Shown in pieces: positions 17,687 to 27,657 of a stretch of DNA of 64,000 nucleotides. The notes below the pieces were generated by a model that saw only the letters and a list, made by a program, of their open reading frames with translations, was not told the DNA's origin and made no database searches. The position numbers and the translations under genes were made by a program. The stretch's first letter is position 1, and the number at the start of each line of letters is the position of its first letter. Origin of the DNA: Candidatus Lindowbacteria bacterium RIFCSPLOWO2_12_FULL_62_27 (GTDB taxonomy: Bacteria > Lindowbacteria > 2-12-FULL-62-27); contig MFPR01000002.1 of NCBI GenBank assembly GCA_001784175.1, positions 1 to 64,000 on the forward strand. The letters run 5' to 3'.

Positions 17687-17735
17687 GATTTTAGATTTTG
17701 GATTTTAGATTTTGGATTTTGGATTTTGGATTTGG
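17687..17735 (+). repeat. 7-bp tandem repeat GATTTT(A/G) x6 plus GATTTGG, merging into the dnaX SD
   Basis: Read directly from the sequence. Confidence 0.9.
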
Positions 17736-17745
17736 AGGTAGGGCT

Positions 17746-19296
17746 GTGTCAGAAGGGCACCGGGTGTTTTCGCTGAAATACCGGCCGATGACGTTCGAGG
17801 AGATGACGGGCCAGCCGCACGTGCGGCAGACGCTCGTGAACACGCTCTTTCGGCGGCATGTCGGCCACGGCTACATTTTCTCGGGGCCGCGGGGCGTCGG
17901 GAAAACGACGGCGGCGCGGCTGTTTGCCAAGGCGCTGAACTGCGCCGAGGGTCCGGGCCCGAAGATCTGCAACCGGTGTCCCGCCTGCGTGGAGATTTCG
18001 GGCGGAAACAGTCTGGACGTGATCGAGATGGACGGGGCGTCGAACCGGAAGATCGAGGACGTGCGCGCGCTCAGGGAGAATGTCCGGTTTGCGCCGACCA
18101 GCGGCCGCTACAAGATTTACATCATCGACGAGGTTCACATGCTGACGCAGGAGGCGTTCAACGCGCTGCTCAAGACGCTGGAGGAACCGCCGGAGCATGT
18201 CGTCTTCATTCTGGCGACGACCGATCCGCAAAAAATTCCCGAAACCATCCATTCCCGCTGCCAGGAACTCGAGTTTCACCGCCTGTCCCCGTCGGACCTC
18301 GAGGGGCTGATCCGGGCGGTGTGCCAGAAGGAGAAGATCAGCATCGACGTGGAATCCGTCGGCAAGCTGGCGGAGTGGGCGGACGGCAGCGCGCGGGACG
18401 CGCTGGTGGCGCTGGAGCAGGCGGCGGCCTATTCGGAGTCGGACGTCCGGGAGGACCAGATCGACCGGCTGTTCGGCTGGGTGGACCAAAAGACGATCGA
18501 TACCGTGGTGGGCGCCGTGTGGGCGGAGGACCGGCCGAAGATGTTCGAGGTGTCGCGCCGGATCGAGGACGAAGGCAGGGACATGACGCACTTTCTGGTG
18601 CAGCTGGCCAAGCGCCTCAAGCAGATGTGGCTGGCGGAGGCGGACAGAACAGCGCCGGCGGCGCCGGGGGCGCCGGCATTCGACCCTGACTCGCTTTTGC
18701 GGATGATCTCATCCTTGCTCGAATCGGAGCGCAATCTGCGCTCGACCCGGCAGCCCGGGCTGTTTCTTGCCATCCAGCTGATAGATTTGATCGAACTCAA
18801 GCGCCAGATGCCGGTGAGCGAGGTGGTTCGGCGCGTGGAGCAACTCGAAAGCCGCCTGCGGTCGGCGCCGGCTGCAGGGGGCGGAGGCGTCGCCGCTGAC
18901 GATTCCTCGCCGGCGGCGCCGCCCAACCCCGGGGTGAATGTGAATCAACTCTGGTCGAAGTTGGTGGAGGCGTTGAGCAGCTCGCAGGCGTCGCTGGCCT
19001 CCCATTTGAAGGAAGGCCGGCCGGTGGAGTGTTCGGCCGCCAAGAAAACATTGACGGCCGTCTACGGCCGTCAGCGATCGATCCAGCAAAAACAGATATC
19101 GGCCGACAAGAACGCCGCGCTCATCGACGCGGCGCTGTCCCGCCTCATGGGATCGGCCGGCTGGCATCTCGATGCGCGGATCGAGACGTCGGGCGACGCG
19201 CCGGGCGCCGCAGGCCGGGGCGTCAAGGATATTCCATCGCGAGTCCGCGCGGGTGCGGAGCTGCTCGAGAGCCGGGGCGTGGCGCGGCGTGAGTAA
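17746..19296 (+). CDS. dnaX: DNA polymerase III subunit gamma/tau
   Basis: KYRPMTFEEMTGQ, GPRGVGKTT, Zn-binding Cys cluster, IIDEVHML, FNALLKTLEEPP, SRC motif; SD GGAGG plus GTG. Confidence 0.97.
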   Translation: MSEGHRVFSLKYRPMTFEEMTGQPHVRQTLVNTLFRRHVGHGYIFSGPRGVGKTTAARLFAKALNCAEGPGPKICNRCPACVEISGGNSLDVIEMDGASNRKIEDVRALRENVRFAPTSGRYKIYIIDEVHMLTQEAFNALLKTLEEPPEHVVFILATTDPQKIPETIHSRCQELEFHRLSPSDLEGLIRAVCQKEKISIDVESVGKLAEWADGSARDALVALEQAAAYSESDVREDQIDRLFGWVDQKTIDTVVGAVWAEDRPKMFEVSRRIEDEGRDMTHFLVQLAKRLKQMWLAEADRTAPAAPGAPAFDPDSLLRMISSLLESERNLRSTRQPGLFLAIQLIDLIELKRQMPVSEVVRRVEQLESRLRSAPAAGGGGVAADDSSPAAPPNPGVNVNQLWSKLVEALSSSQASLASHLKEGRPVECSAAKKTLTAVYGRQRSIQQKQISADKNAALIDAALSRLMGSAGWHLDARIETSGDAPGAAGRGVKDIPSRVRAGAELLESRGVARRE

Positions 19297-21349
19297 GAAG
19301 AAAGCGCCGTACGCGCGGCTGTCGGGTCTGGCGAAGGAGATATTGGATGCGTATGCCGAGATCGAGGGCGCGACGCCCTCGACGGTGGCGGGAGAAATCC
19401 GGAACAACAGCGTCCTGATCAGCTATTTCGCGATCCGGCGCGGCGACCGCGAGAAGATTCTGGGCGCGGACCACGTGCGGGGGCTGCTCAAGTCCAACGA
19501 GCCTCTGCAGCGCGCCGCCGCGGCCGCCGCCGCAAATGAAGTGTTGGGCCCGAAGGCGACCGAGCTGTTGACGCCGCTGCTTCGGGATGCCCACCCGGTG
19601 GTGGTCGAATCGGTTCTGGACACGCTGGCGTCCGGCGTGACGCGCACGGAAACCGGCAAGGCCCTGGTCGAAGCGCTGCCGAAGATGACCGTGTCGAACC
19701 GTCACAAGGCGATGACCCTATTGGGCAGGCTGAAATACCGCGCGGCGGTGGGCGTTCTGGAGGAGGCGTTCCGTCGCCGGGACGGCGTTGATTCCCCGGT
19801 TGCCTGTCGCGCCCTGGCCGCGATCCAGGGCCGGTCCTTTACGGACGGCATCACCGAATTTCTGTATCCGGACAATCCGATCGAACTGCATACGGCGATC
19901 CTGGAGTGCATGGCGGACAATCCGGCGCCGGTCTATTACGCGAAGGCCACCCAGCTTTTGAAGGCGCTGCGGAACAAGGCCGCCGTGGCGGAAGTGGTCC
20001 GGCGAATTGCGCTCTGGTCGAACCAGGGCGTGGACCTTGCGATCACGCTGCTCGGAAACGCCGACATCGCCCTTGCGGATGCGGCGCAGGCAGGCTTGGT
20101 GCGCCATCTGCGCGCCACGGGCACGCTCCCGGCCGGATTTCTGCAGCGCCTGTCGAAGTCGCTGACGGACCGGGACGGCGCGCGTCCGGCGGCTGCGCCG
20201 CATGTGGCTCTCCCGCCGCCGATCGAGTCGCTGGAATCGAGGCTGTCGGAAACATTGTTGTCGCGTCCGGACGCGGATTTCCAGCAACTGTTCCTGATGG
20301 CGCTGAACGCCGAGAAACGGTTTCTGGCGCCGAAGCTGGTCCAACTGGCGGTGTCGCGGTGGGGCGAGGCCTTTTCGAAAGTGGTCGATCAGGCGCTGCA
20401 GCTTTCGAAGGAGGACGCCGTCCAGGTCCGCGCGCGGCTTCAGCAGCGTCTCGCGGCGCAGATGGAGCAGGAGAGCGCGGCGATGACGGTGGCGCGGATG
20501 ATCGAGAGCGTCGGCGCCGCGGACCTCAAGGCGCCGGTGAAGGAGATCGCGCGCCATCTGGACACGCCGAGCCTTCCGGTGCAGATGGCCGTGATGGAGG
20601 CGCTGATGGTGATCGGCGGCGCGGCGGAGGCGGCGGAGATCGAGAAGAGGATCGGCGGCGCGCACTGGATGCTGAAACGAAAAATTGCGTCGGCCCTGTC
20701 GCATCTCTGCGCGGAGAACCCGCCGGCCGGCCTGTTCAAGCTGTGCGAGGATCCGGAACCGCTCGTCCGGATTTCCTCCGTGCGGTCTTTGGAGGGGATC
20801 CGGCACGAGAAGGCGTACAACATCCTGCTGAAATCTCTCAATGACCCCGACGAGCGCGTGCGGTCGGCGGCCTGTGCGGGCCTTCGGGGATTTCCGGATC
20901 GCAAGGAGGTCGTGGACCGGCTGAGGGACATGCTGGAGGACAAGGACGCGCGGGTGAGGGCGAACACGATCGAAAGCATGGATGCGGTCCTGGGCCGCGA
21001 TCCGGACGAGCTGCGGTTCCGGATCAAACCGTATTTGAGCGACCCCAACGCCCGCGTGGTGATCAACACCGCCAAGGCCTTGTTCTCGGGCGATCCCGAT
21101 CTCGCGTACCCGGTGCTGGAGTCGTACCTGCGCGCGCCGGATCCGAATCTACGCGCGGGCGCGATGTGGGCCCTGGGCCAGCTGTCGCGTCCGGACGCGT
21201 ATCTTTGCCTGCATTTTCATTCCCTGCGGGAGAAGGATCCCTATGTTCTGAGTTTTGCGGGCCGGGCCGCTGCGCGCATGGAAGGCCGGCCATTTTATAA
21301 AGATGCTTATTACGTGCTGCAGAGCACTCGTACAGGAGGTACGGCATGA
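19289..21349 (+). CDS. HEAT-repeat protein
   Basis: Multiple LxDxDxRVRxxA units in the C-terminal third; GTGAGTAA overlap with dnaX. Confidence 0.85.
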   Translation: MSKKKAPYARLSGLAKEILDAYAEIEGATPSTVAGEIRNNSVLISYFAIRRGDREKILGADHVRGLLKSNEPLQRAAAAAAANEVLGPKATELLTPLLRDAHPVVVESVLDTLASGVTRTETGKALVEALPKMTVSNRHKAMTLLGRLKYRAAVGVLEEAFRRRDGVDSPVACRALAAIQGRSFTDGITEFLYPDNPIELHTAILECMADNPAPVYYAKATQLLKALRNKAAVAEVVRRIALWSNQGVDLAITLLGNADIALADAAQAGLVRHLRATGTLPAGFLQRLSKSLTDRDGARPAAAPHVALPPPIESLESRLSETLLSRPDADFQQLFLMALNAEKRFLAPKLVQLAVSRWGEAFSKVVDQALQLSKEDAVQVRARLQQRLAAQMEQESAAMTVARMIESVGAADLKAPVKEIARHLDTPSLPVQMAVMEALMVIGGAAEAAEIEKRIGGAHWMLKRKIASALSHLCAENPPAGLFKLCEDPEPLVRISSVRSLEGIRHEKAYNILLKSLNDPDERVRSAACAGLRGFPDRKEVVDRLRDMLEDKDARVRANTIESMDAVLGRDPDELRFRIKPYLSDPNARVVINTAKALFSGDPDLAYPVLESYLRAPDPNLRAGAMWALGQLSRPDAYLCLHFHSLREKDPYVLSFAGRAAARMEGRPFYKDAYYVLQSTRTGGTA

Positions 21350-21480
21350 AACCGACATTCAGGCCACACGTTTTGAAGCGAAAGCGCAAGCACGGGTTCA
21401 GAAGGCGCATGAAGACGCCCGGCGGCCGGAACGTTCTGCGCCGCCGGCGGGCCAGAGGCCGCAAGCGGCTGTCTGCGTGA
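21346..21480 (+). CDS. rpmH: 50S ribosomal protein L34 (not in the ORF track)
   Basis: [53 protein letters not shown]. Confidence 0.97.
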   Translation: MKPTFRPHVLKRKRKHGFRRRMKTPGGRNVLRRRRARGRKRLSA

Positions 21481-21812
21481 GCCGTGTGGCGCGGTTGCCG
21501 GCCGGCGCGTTCGACCGGGTCTACAAGAAGGGCCGGCGGGTTTCGCATTCGTCATTGGTGTTTCTGGTATCAGACCCGGAGGCGCCGGAGGCGCTGATCC
21601 GGCTCGGGGTGGTGGTGGGCCGCCGTGTGGCGCGTGACGCCGTGCCGAGGAACCGATTGAAGCGGATTCTTCGCGAGTCATTCCGTCATCTGGCCGGCGC
21701 GCATATTCCCGGGCCGGCGGACTGCATCCTGCTGGCGCGTGGGTCGGCCACGTCGTTGAAAACGCGCGCCGCCGCGGACGCCGTGTTGCGCCGGCTCTTG
21801 TCGAAACTCTGA
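21477..21812 (+). CDS. rnpA: Ribonuclease P protein component
   Basis: [38 protein letters not shown] overlap with rpmH. Confidence 0.93.
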   Translation: MSRVARLPAGAFDRVYKKGRRVSHSSLVFLVSDPEAPEALIRLGVVVGRRVARDAVPRNRLKRILRESFRHLAGAHIPGPADCILLARGSATSLKTRAAADAVLRRLLSKL

Positions 21813-21814
21813 TC

Positions 21815-22030
21815 ATGGCCGCACGCGTTCTTTTGCTGCTGATCCGAATCTACGCCGTCGCGTTTCGTCCCCTGACGGCGATGTGGGGCGGTTGCCGGTT
21901 TTATCCAACATGTTCGGACTACGCGTCGGAAACGATTCGCCGGCGCGGCGCGGTCCGGGGTCTTGGGTCGGCGCTCTGGCGGCTTTTGCGTTGTCATCCG
22001 CTGTCGCGCGGGGGGGTGGACCTTCCATGA
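21815..22030 (+). CDS. yidD: Membrane protein insertion efficiency factor
   Basis: [22 protein letters not shown]. Confidence 0.95.
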   Translation: MAARVLLLLIRIYAVAFRPLTAMWGGCRFYPTCSDYASETIRRRGAVRGLGSALWRLLRCHPLSRGGVDLP

Positions 22031-23709
22031 ACTCGGAGGACCGGCGGCTTCTTCTGGCGTTCGTTCTGTCGCTGATTGTTTTTGCGTCATATCAAATGTT
22101 TCTGGCGTACAAGTATCCGCCGCCGAAGCAGGTTTCCGGGCCTGGCAAAGCCGGTGAAGACACAGTCGCTCCGACTGCGAGTTTGAAGCCGATTGAACTT
22201 GCATCACCGCAGCCGATCCCCATTTCGCCTGTCGACACAAGCCTTGCGGAAGAGACGACCGTTCTCAGCGGGAATGGGATTGAATTGACCGCCACCAACC
22301 TCGGTGCGGGTCTGCGGCAAATCCGCCTGCCGGGGATCGCGAGGCTGCCGCACCGGGACACGCGGGACGTGATTTTGGTGGACGAAACGTGGCGGGCGCC
22401 CTGCGTTGGGCTGCGCCTGCCTGGCACAGAAATCCAAAGATACAGGAAGGACGGCGGTACGGAGCGGCAGGTCCGCTATGTGTACGAAGCCGTTTCCCCG
22501 CAGGGGTCGCCGCTGTACCGCGTCGAGCGCACGATAGAACTCAGCGGCCGGCCCTACGAGGCGCGGCTGGAGACGCGGCTTCGGAATCTGACCGCCGCGC
22601 CGGTCGAATTCGGCATCGATTCCTCCCATGCGCTGGGACTCCTGCTGGCGCCGCTGCCGCGCAAATCCTTCCGGACGGATCTCGACATCCATGAGCTGTT
22701 CTTGAAACTCGGCAAGGACATCGAGCACTGGCAGGAGCAGTCGCCTGGTTTTTTTGACCGGCTCTTCGGCCGGGCCAGCCCGTCAGCGGAGCGGCGGTCG
22801 GAGGTCCTCGACGGCGTGCTGCGCTGGATCTGCGTCGGCGACCGCTATTTCACGGTGTCCTTGATCCCCGACAGCGCGCTCACGCGCGCGATGCTGTCCA
22901 TGGACGGCCCGACGCTGACCGCGGAGGCGCAGTACGGTGTCCTGACGGCGCCGCCGGGCGGAACGCTGACGCTGCGGGAGACGCTGTATGCGGGGCCAAA
23001 GAATCCGGAGTATCTGACGCAGTACGGAGAAGATCTTCTGGACATCATGAAATTCGGCTGGTTCGACTGGCTGGGATTCTGGATGCTGCGGCTCATGAAC
23101 CTGTTCCACAAGGCGATTCCCAACTACGGCGTGTCGATCCTTCTCCTCACGTGCATCGTCCGGGTGGTGCTGTATCCGCTGACGTACAAATCGTATGCAT
23201 CGATGGCGAAGCTCAAGGAACTGACGCCGAAGATGAAGGTGATTCAGGACAAGTACAAGGACAACAAGGAGAAGTTGAACAAGGAGCTGATGCGGCTGTA
23301 CAAGGACAACAAGGTGAACCCGGCCGGCGGGTGCCTGCCGATTCTGCTTCAGATTCCCGTGTTTATCGCCTTCTACAACATGCTGCAGTACGCCATCGAA
23401 CTTCGCGGCGCCTCCTTTTTATGGGTCCTGGACCTTTCGGAGCGGGACCCCTACTACATTCTGCCGGTCCTGATGGGCGCGTCGATGCTGATCCAGCAGA
23501 AACTCACGCCGTCGCCGGACCCGAACCAGGCGAAGATCGGCATGATGATGACGGTCATCTTTACGTTTCTCTTTCTCACCTTCCCGGCGGGCCTCAACCT
23601 CTACTGGTTCGTCTCAACGGTGCTGGGCATCTGGCAGCAGAAGATCATCGAGCGGAAACTGAAGCCTGTTTCGGCGGCCGCGCCCGCGCAGCCCGCAAAA
23701 TCCGCCTGA
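22027..23709 (+). CDS. yidC: Membrane protein insertase YidC with large periplasmic domain
   Basis: [47 protein letters not shown]. Confidence 0.97.
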   Translation: MNSEDRRLLLAFVLSLIVFASYQMFLAYKYPPPKQVSGPGKAGEDTVAPTASLKPIELASPQPIPISPVDTSLAEETTVLSGNGIELTATNLGAGLRQIRLPGIARLPHRDTRDVILVDETWRAPCVGLRLPGTEIQRYRKDGGTERQVRYVYEAVSPQGSPLYRVERTIELSGRPYEARLETRLRNLTAAPVEFGIDSSHALGLLLAPLPRKSFRTDLDIHELFLKLGKDIEHWQEQSPGFFDRLFGRASPSAERRSEVLDGVLRWICVGDRYFTVSLIPDSALTRAMLSMDGPTLTAEAQYGVLTAPPGGTLTLRETLYAGPKNPEYLTQYGEDLLDIMKFGWFDWLGFWMLRLMNLFHKAIPNYGVSILLLTCIVRVVLYPLTYKSYASMAKLKELTPKMKVIQDKYKDNKEKLNKELMRLYKDNKVNPAGGCLPILLQIPVFIAFYNMLQYAIELRGASFLWVLDLSERDPYYILPVLMGASMLIQQKLTPSPDPNQAKIGMMMTVIFTFLFLTFPAGLNLYWFVSTVLGIWQQKIIERKLKPVSAAAPAQPAKSA

Positions 23710-24457
23710 TTCGCAGGGGATCGCGGAGGAGGGCCGTGCCGATGAGGACGGCGTCGGCGATCCCGCGCAGCGGGACGAGGTCCGAGGGCCGGCTGTAGCC
23801 GCTTTCGGCGATGGCCACGCAGGTACGCGGGACGAGCGGCAGGAGGTTGAGGGCGACGGCGAGGTCGGTTTTGAGGGTGGAGAGGTTTCTGTTGTTGACG
23901 CCGATGATCCGCGCGCCCGCCGCCAGCGCCGTTTCCAATTCCTGTTCGTCGTGGACCTCCACGAGGGCCGCCAGTTTGAGCCATGTGGCGAGCCGGAGGA
24001 GCCGGCGGAGTTGCGCGGGACGGAGCGCGCGGACGATGAGGAGGACGGCGGAAGCGCCGAATGCCCTCGCTTCGTAGATCTGGTATTCATCGACGATAAA
24101 ATCCTTTCGAAGGACGGGGAGCGGCACAACGCGCGCGACGTTTTGGAGGTCCCGCACGGACCCGGCGAAATGGTCCTGCTCGGTGAGGACCGAAAGCGCG
24201 GCCGCGCCGGCCCGGTGGTAGGTGCGTGCCATGGCGACCGGATCGAGGCCGCGGGCAAGATTGGGCGAGCTGGGGGACGAGCGTTTAATTTCAGCGATGA
24301 TCGAGAGCCGTGTTTTACCGCGAACCGCGCGGGCAAAATCGGAGGGGCGGATTGCGGCGGCCCACCGAGTTATGAGCCTGAGGGGGAATTTAGTTTTTCG
24401 TTCCTGAAGTCTCTTTCGAACGGATGCAAGGATGCGGGTCAGGACGTCCTCAGGCAT
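23645..24457 (-). CDS. trpC: Indole-3-glycerol phosphate synthase
   Basis: IIAEIKRSSPS, LSVLTE, PVLRKDFI, IGVNNRNL, AESG. Confidence 0.96.
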   Translation of the reverse strand: MPEDVLTRILASVRKRLQERKTKFPLRLITRWAAAIRPSDFARAVRGKTRLSIIAEIKRSSPSSPNLARGLDPVAMARTYHRAGAAALSVLTEQDHFAGSVRDLQNVARVVPLPVLRKDFIVDEYQIYEARAFGASAVLLIVRALRPAQLRRLLRLATWLKLAALVEVHDEQELETALAAGARIIGVNNRNLSTLKTDLAVALNLLPLVPRTCVAIAESGYSRPSDLVPLRGIADAVLIGTALLRDPLRIRRILRAARARPPKQASVSAR

Positions 24458-25496
24458 GGCTTTTCAGCCGTCCGGCCGTCTCAATTATTTTTTCAAGATG
24501 CTTCGCGGCCTGACCGGAGGCGAGGTGTGACAGCGCCGCCGTGGCGCCTTCGGCCACCGTCGAGACTCGGCCAACCACCAGGAGCGCCGCGGCCGCATTG
24601 ACGGCGACAGCCGTCTGATCGGATTCGGCGCCTTTGCCGGACAGGACTGCGCTCGCGCGCGCCACAGCCTCGCGGACATCCGACACCTTCAAGCGGTCGG
24701 GCGCGACCGGCGGGACGCCGAAGTTGTGCGGCTCGTACTGCACTTCCGTAATGTCGCCTTCCTGAAAGAAACAGGCGGCGCGGGTTTTCCCGCAGGGCGA
24801 AATCTCGTCGAGGGCCGGCTCGCCATGGACGACCATGGCCGATTTCAATCCCAGCCCTTTCAGAACTTCCGCGAAGGGCCGGACGCGTTCCGGCGCCGGC
24901 ACGCCGACGATCTGATGGTGGACGCGGGCCGGGTTGGCGAGCGGCCCGAGGAAATTGAACACAGTGCGGACCTGCAGGGCCTTGCGGACCGGCGCGATCG
25001 ATTTCATGGCCGGATGGTAGAGCGGCGCAAAGAGAAAGGCGAATTGCGTCTCCCTGAAGAGTTGGGCGGACGCATCGGGGGAGAGGTCGAGCGGCAGTCC
25101 GAGTCCTTCGAGAACGTCGGCGCTTCCGCAGGACGAGGACACGGACCGGTTTCCATGTTTGACGATGGGCACGTTCATGGATGAGAGGAGGATCGCCGAG
25201 ATCGTGCTGAGATTGAGGCTGCGCGATCCGTCTCCGCCGGTGCCGCAGGTGTCGAGGGCCTGGCGCATGTCCTCGGGCAGCGCGACCGCGTGCGCGCGCA
25301 TCTCGCGCGCGAGTCCGAGGATTTCGGTGACGGTTTCGCCTCTGACGCGGAGCGCCGCCAGCACCGCGGCCTTCATTTCCGGCGGCGCGTCGCCGGTCAG
25401 TCCCTCAAAGAGCGGCGCGGTTTCCCCGGGGTCAAGGGACTTGCCCTGCAGCAATTTCTCGAGGAGCGCCTTGAATCCTAGATCTTGTTTTTCCAT
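24450..25496 (-). CDS. trpD: Anthranilate phosphoribosyltransferase
   Basis: DTCGTGGDG, NLST, KHGNRSVSSSCGSADVLE, RTVFNFLGPLANP. Confidence 0.96.
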   Translation of the reverse strand: MEKQDLGFKALLEKLLQGKSLDPGETAPLFEGLTGDAPPEMKAAVLAALRVRGETVTEILGLAREMRAHAVALPEDMRQALDTCGTGGDGSRSLNLSTISAILLSSMNVPIVKHGNRSVSSSCGSADVLEGLGLPLDLSPDASAQLFRETQFAFLFAPLYHPAMKSIAPVRKALQVRTVFNFLGPLANPARVHHQIVGVPAPERVRPFAEVLKGLGLKSAMVVHGEPALDEISPCGKTRAACFFQEGDITEVQYEPHNFGVPPVAPDRLKVSDVREAVARASAVLSGKGAESDQTAVAVNAAAALLVVGRVSTVAEGATAALSHLASGQAAKHLEKIIETAGRLKSHA

Positions 25497-27091
25497 ATTT
25501 TTACGAGGTCCTTGAGGCTGATCGAGAGATATTTTTTCTGCCGCTTGTAATAGATGGCCTGTTCGAATCGGGAGAGGTTTCCCAGAAGATCCCGGGCTTC
25601 GACGCGGACCCACCAGATGCGGGACCGGCCGCGCGGGGGCGCGGTGGTTTCGGTGCGGCCTTCGAGCCGGAGTTTGGACACGCGATGGAGGGGAATCTCG
25701 ACGCGTTCGCCGGCATCGCTTTCAAAGATGGCGAGTGCCGGCAGGTCGAGTCCGATGCCGAGATCGACGACGTCGGCCAGCACGTAGAACCGTTCGGCCG
25801 GGCCGCGTGTTTCAAGGCCGACGTTCAGGATTTTCGGCCCCTCGACGTCCTGTTGGACCAAAAGAGTTCCGAAGGGCTGATCATCGAGAAAAAACTCGAA
25901 GGTCCGCGCCGTTGCCGGCGGCACGGCGATCCGCGTGTCGCCGGGCGGCAGGCGCCTGCCATCCAGCCGTACCTCGGCGCGGGATGAAGCATTCCGGAAG
26001 GGCAGAATGTCGGTGCGGACAAAGAGCCGGCGCTCGATTTGTTCCGGCGGCGCCTCCAGCCACCAGGCGAAATGGTCGGGATCGGACAGGAGCGCCATCG
26101 CGCTCGCCCCAGGTCGAATATCGGCAATGACGAGCCCGTAGGGGAGATCGGGGGCGATTACAAACGAGCCGCTGTCATCGGAGACCGTCCGGACGTGATG
26201 CCATACCACTTCAGCGCGCGGGATCGGGGGGCTGAACTGGCCACGGATGCGGCCCGTCTGTATCCAGTCCGCGGCCCGCACCTCGGGCGGGCCGGAGAGG
26301 ACTGTTGTCCGGAAGACCGGTCCGGGCGGTCCGGCCAGTCCGGCGCGATTGACGGAGGAGACTCGCAAGAATTTTGTCCCGTCGGACAAGTCCGTGATCA
26401 CGACAGGCTCATCCGGCCGAACAATAAAATTTTCCGCCGCCTGCCAGAAAGTTTCGTGATCCGAGACTTCGACCCGGATGGCGCCGGCGGAAATCCGCTC
26501 GTCCATGCGGACCGCCGTCAGCGTCAGGGGCGGTTCGACGACCTCGTCCGGCGGGCGGATGACCGGCGGCGGAATGAGGCGCGCGCGCGAGATTTCGCCG
26601 GAGGAAGAAACGCGGAGGCCGTCCTGGGCCGCAAGAGTGAAGGTTTTGTCATCGGCCGAGACGACCGCGCGGCCTTCAAAAACGCGGATCGTCGATTCGA
26701 GATCGGGCGCGTGCAGAAAAGTGGCCGTTCCTTGCACGACAACGGATGCCCTGCCCAACTCGACCGTGATGGCCGAATCGGCCCGGACCTCGAGATGGCC
26801 GCCCCGGAGCGCGCAGTGGTCTGCCGGCGCATGGCCGAGCTCCAAGTCCGCGCCGTTGGCATCCGCGGATTCCAGGATGAGCGTTGCGGTCCCCCACGCG
26901 AATTGAATTCCTCCCGCGCGCGGAATCGAAACGGCCCGCGCGCCCGTCCATCCGCCGGTGTGGGGCGTCCGAAGCACGCCGTCTGCGCCTTTGATGAGAA
27001 CCTCGCCGGTCGATTCGACGGTGGCGATCGCGATGGCCGGGCCGGTCAGCGGGAGGAGGCCGGCGAGGAGCGCGCGAAAGAGGCCTAGCAC
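25478..27091 (-). CDS. Exported FecR-like plus FN3/Ig-like domain protein embedded in the trp operon
   Basis: Signal peptide; VVVQGT..IRVFEGRAVV..L..PPP FecR-like pattern; LSDGTKFLRVSSVNRAGLAG FN3-like strand; overlaps trpG and trpD. Confidence 0.6.
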   Translation of the reverse strand: MLGLFRALLAGLLPLTGPAIAIATVESTGEVLIKGADGVLRTPHTGGWTGARAVSIPRAGGIQFAWGTATLILESADANGADLELGHAPADHCALRGGHLEVRADSAITVELGRASVVVQGTATFLHAPDLESTIRVFEGRAVVSADDKTFTLAAQDGLRVSSSGEISRARLIPPPVIRPPDEVVEPPLTLTAVRMDERISAGAIRVEVSDHETFWQAAENFIVRPDEPVVITDLSDGTKFLRVSSVNRAGLAGPPGPVFRTTVLSGPPEVRAADWIQTGRIRGQFSPPIPRAEVVWHHVRTVSDDSGSFVIAPDLPYGLVIADIRPGASAMALLSDPDHFAWWLEAPPEQIERRLFVRTDILPFRNASSRAEVRLDGRRLPPGDTRIAVPPATARTFEFFLDDQPFGTLLVQQDVEGPKILNVGLETRGPAERFYVLADVVDLGIGLDLPALAIFESDAGERVEIPLHRVSKLRLEGRTETTAPPRGRSRIWWVRVEARDLLGNLSRFEQAIYYKRQKKYLSISLKDLVKIWKNKI

Positions 27092-27657
27092 AGCTTGAGG
27101 AAATTCCGCACGATGTCGAGGCCGACGTGGGTCTCGATCGATTCAGGGTGAAACTGCACGCCGAACGTCCTGTGTTTGGACACTTCCAGAGCCATCACAT
27201 ATTTCCCATCGGCGGTTTTGGCCGTGACCGTGAGCGGCGGCGCCACGGTCTTGTGGGTCACGACGAGCGAATGGTATCGGGTGGCCTGAAAGCGGCGGGG
27301 CAGGCCGGAGAAGAGCCGGGATGGACGGAGGACGCGGATGACGGATGTTTTTCCATGGACGATGTCCCCGGCGCGGACGACCCGGGCGCCGAAGGCGATG
27401 CCGAGGGCCTGATGGCCGAGGCAAACGCCCAGGATCGGGATGCGGCCGGAATACGCCCGAATGAGCGGCACGCAGATTCCCGCGGTTTCGGGCCGGCCGG
27501 GTCCGGGGGAAAGGATGATTCCGTGCGGCCGGAGCCGGCCGACGTCCTCGACCGTCAACTCGTCGTTCCGAGCGACGCGGACATCCTTTCGGAACGTGCC
27601 GACATACTGGACGAGGTTGTAGACGAAGGAGTCGTAATTGTCGATGACCAGTATCAT
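27085..27657 (-). CDS. trpG: Anthranilate synthase component II (glutamine amidotransferase)
   Basis: IDNYDSF, SPGPG, GVCLGHQ, RYHSL, GVQFHPES. Confidence 0.95.
   Translation of the reverse strand: MILVIDNYDSFVYNLVQYVGTFRKDVRVARNDELTVEDVGRLRPHGIILSPGPGRPETAGICVPLIRAYSGRIPILGVCLGHQALGIAFGARVVRAGDIVHGKTSVIRVLRPSRLFSGLPRRFQATRYHSLVVTHKTVAPPLTVTAKTADGKYVMALEVSKHRTFGVQFHPESIETHVGLDIVRNFLKLC

Noticed and set aside
18700-19100. Programmed -1 frameshift in dnaX
   Set aside because: No A-AAA-AAG or long poly-A slippery site found by eye
21300-21345. oriC/DnaA boxes upstream of rpmH
   Set aside because: The region is coding (HEAT gene) and has no TTATCCACA cluster
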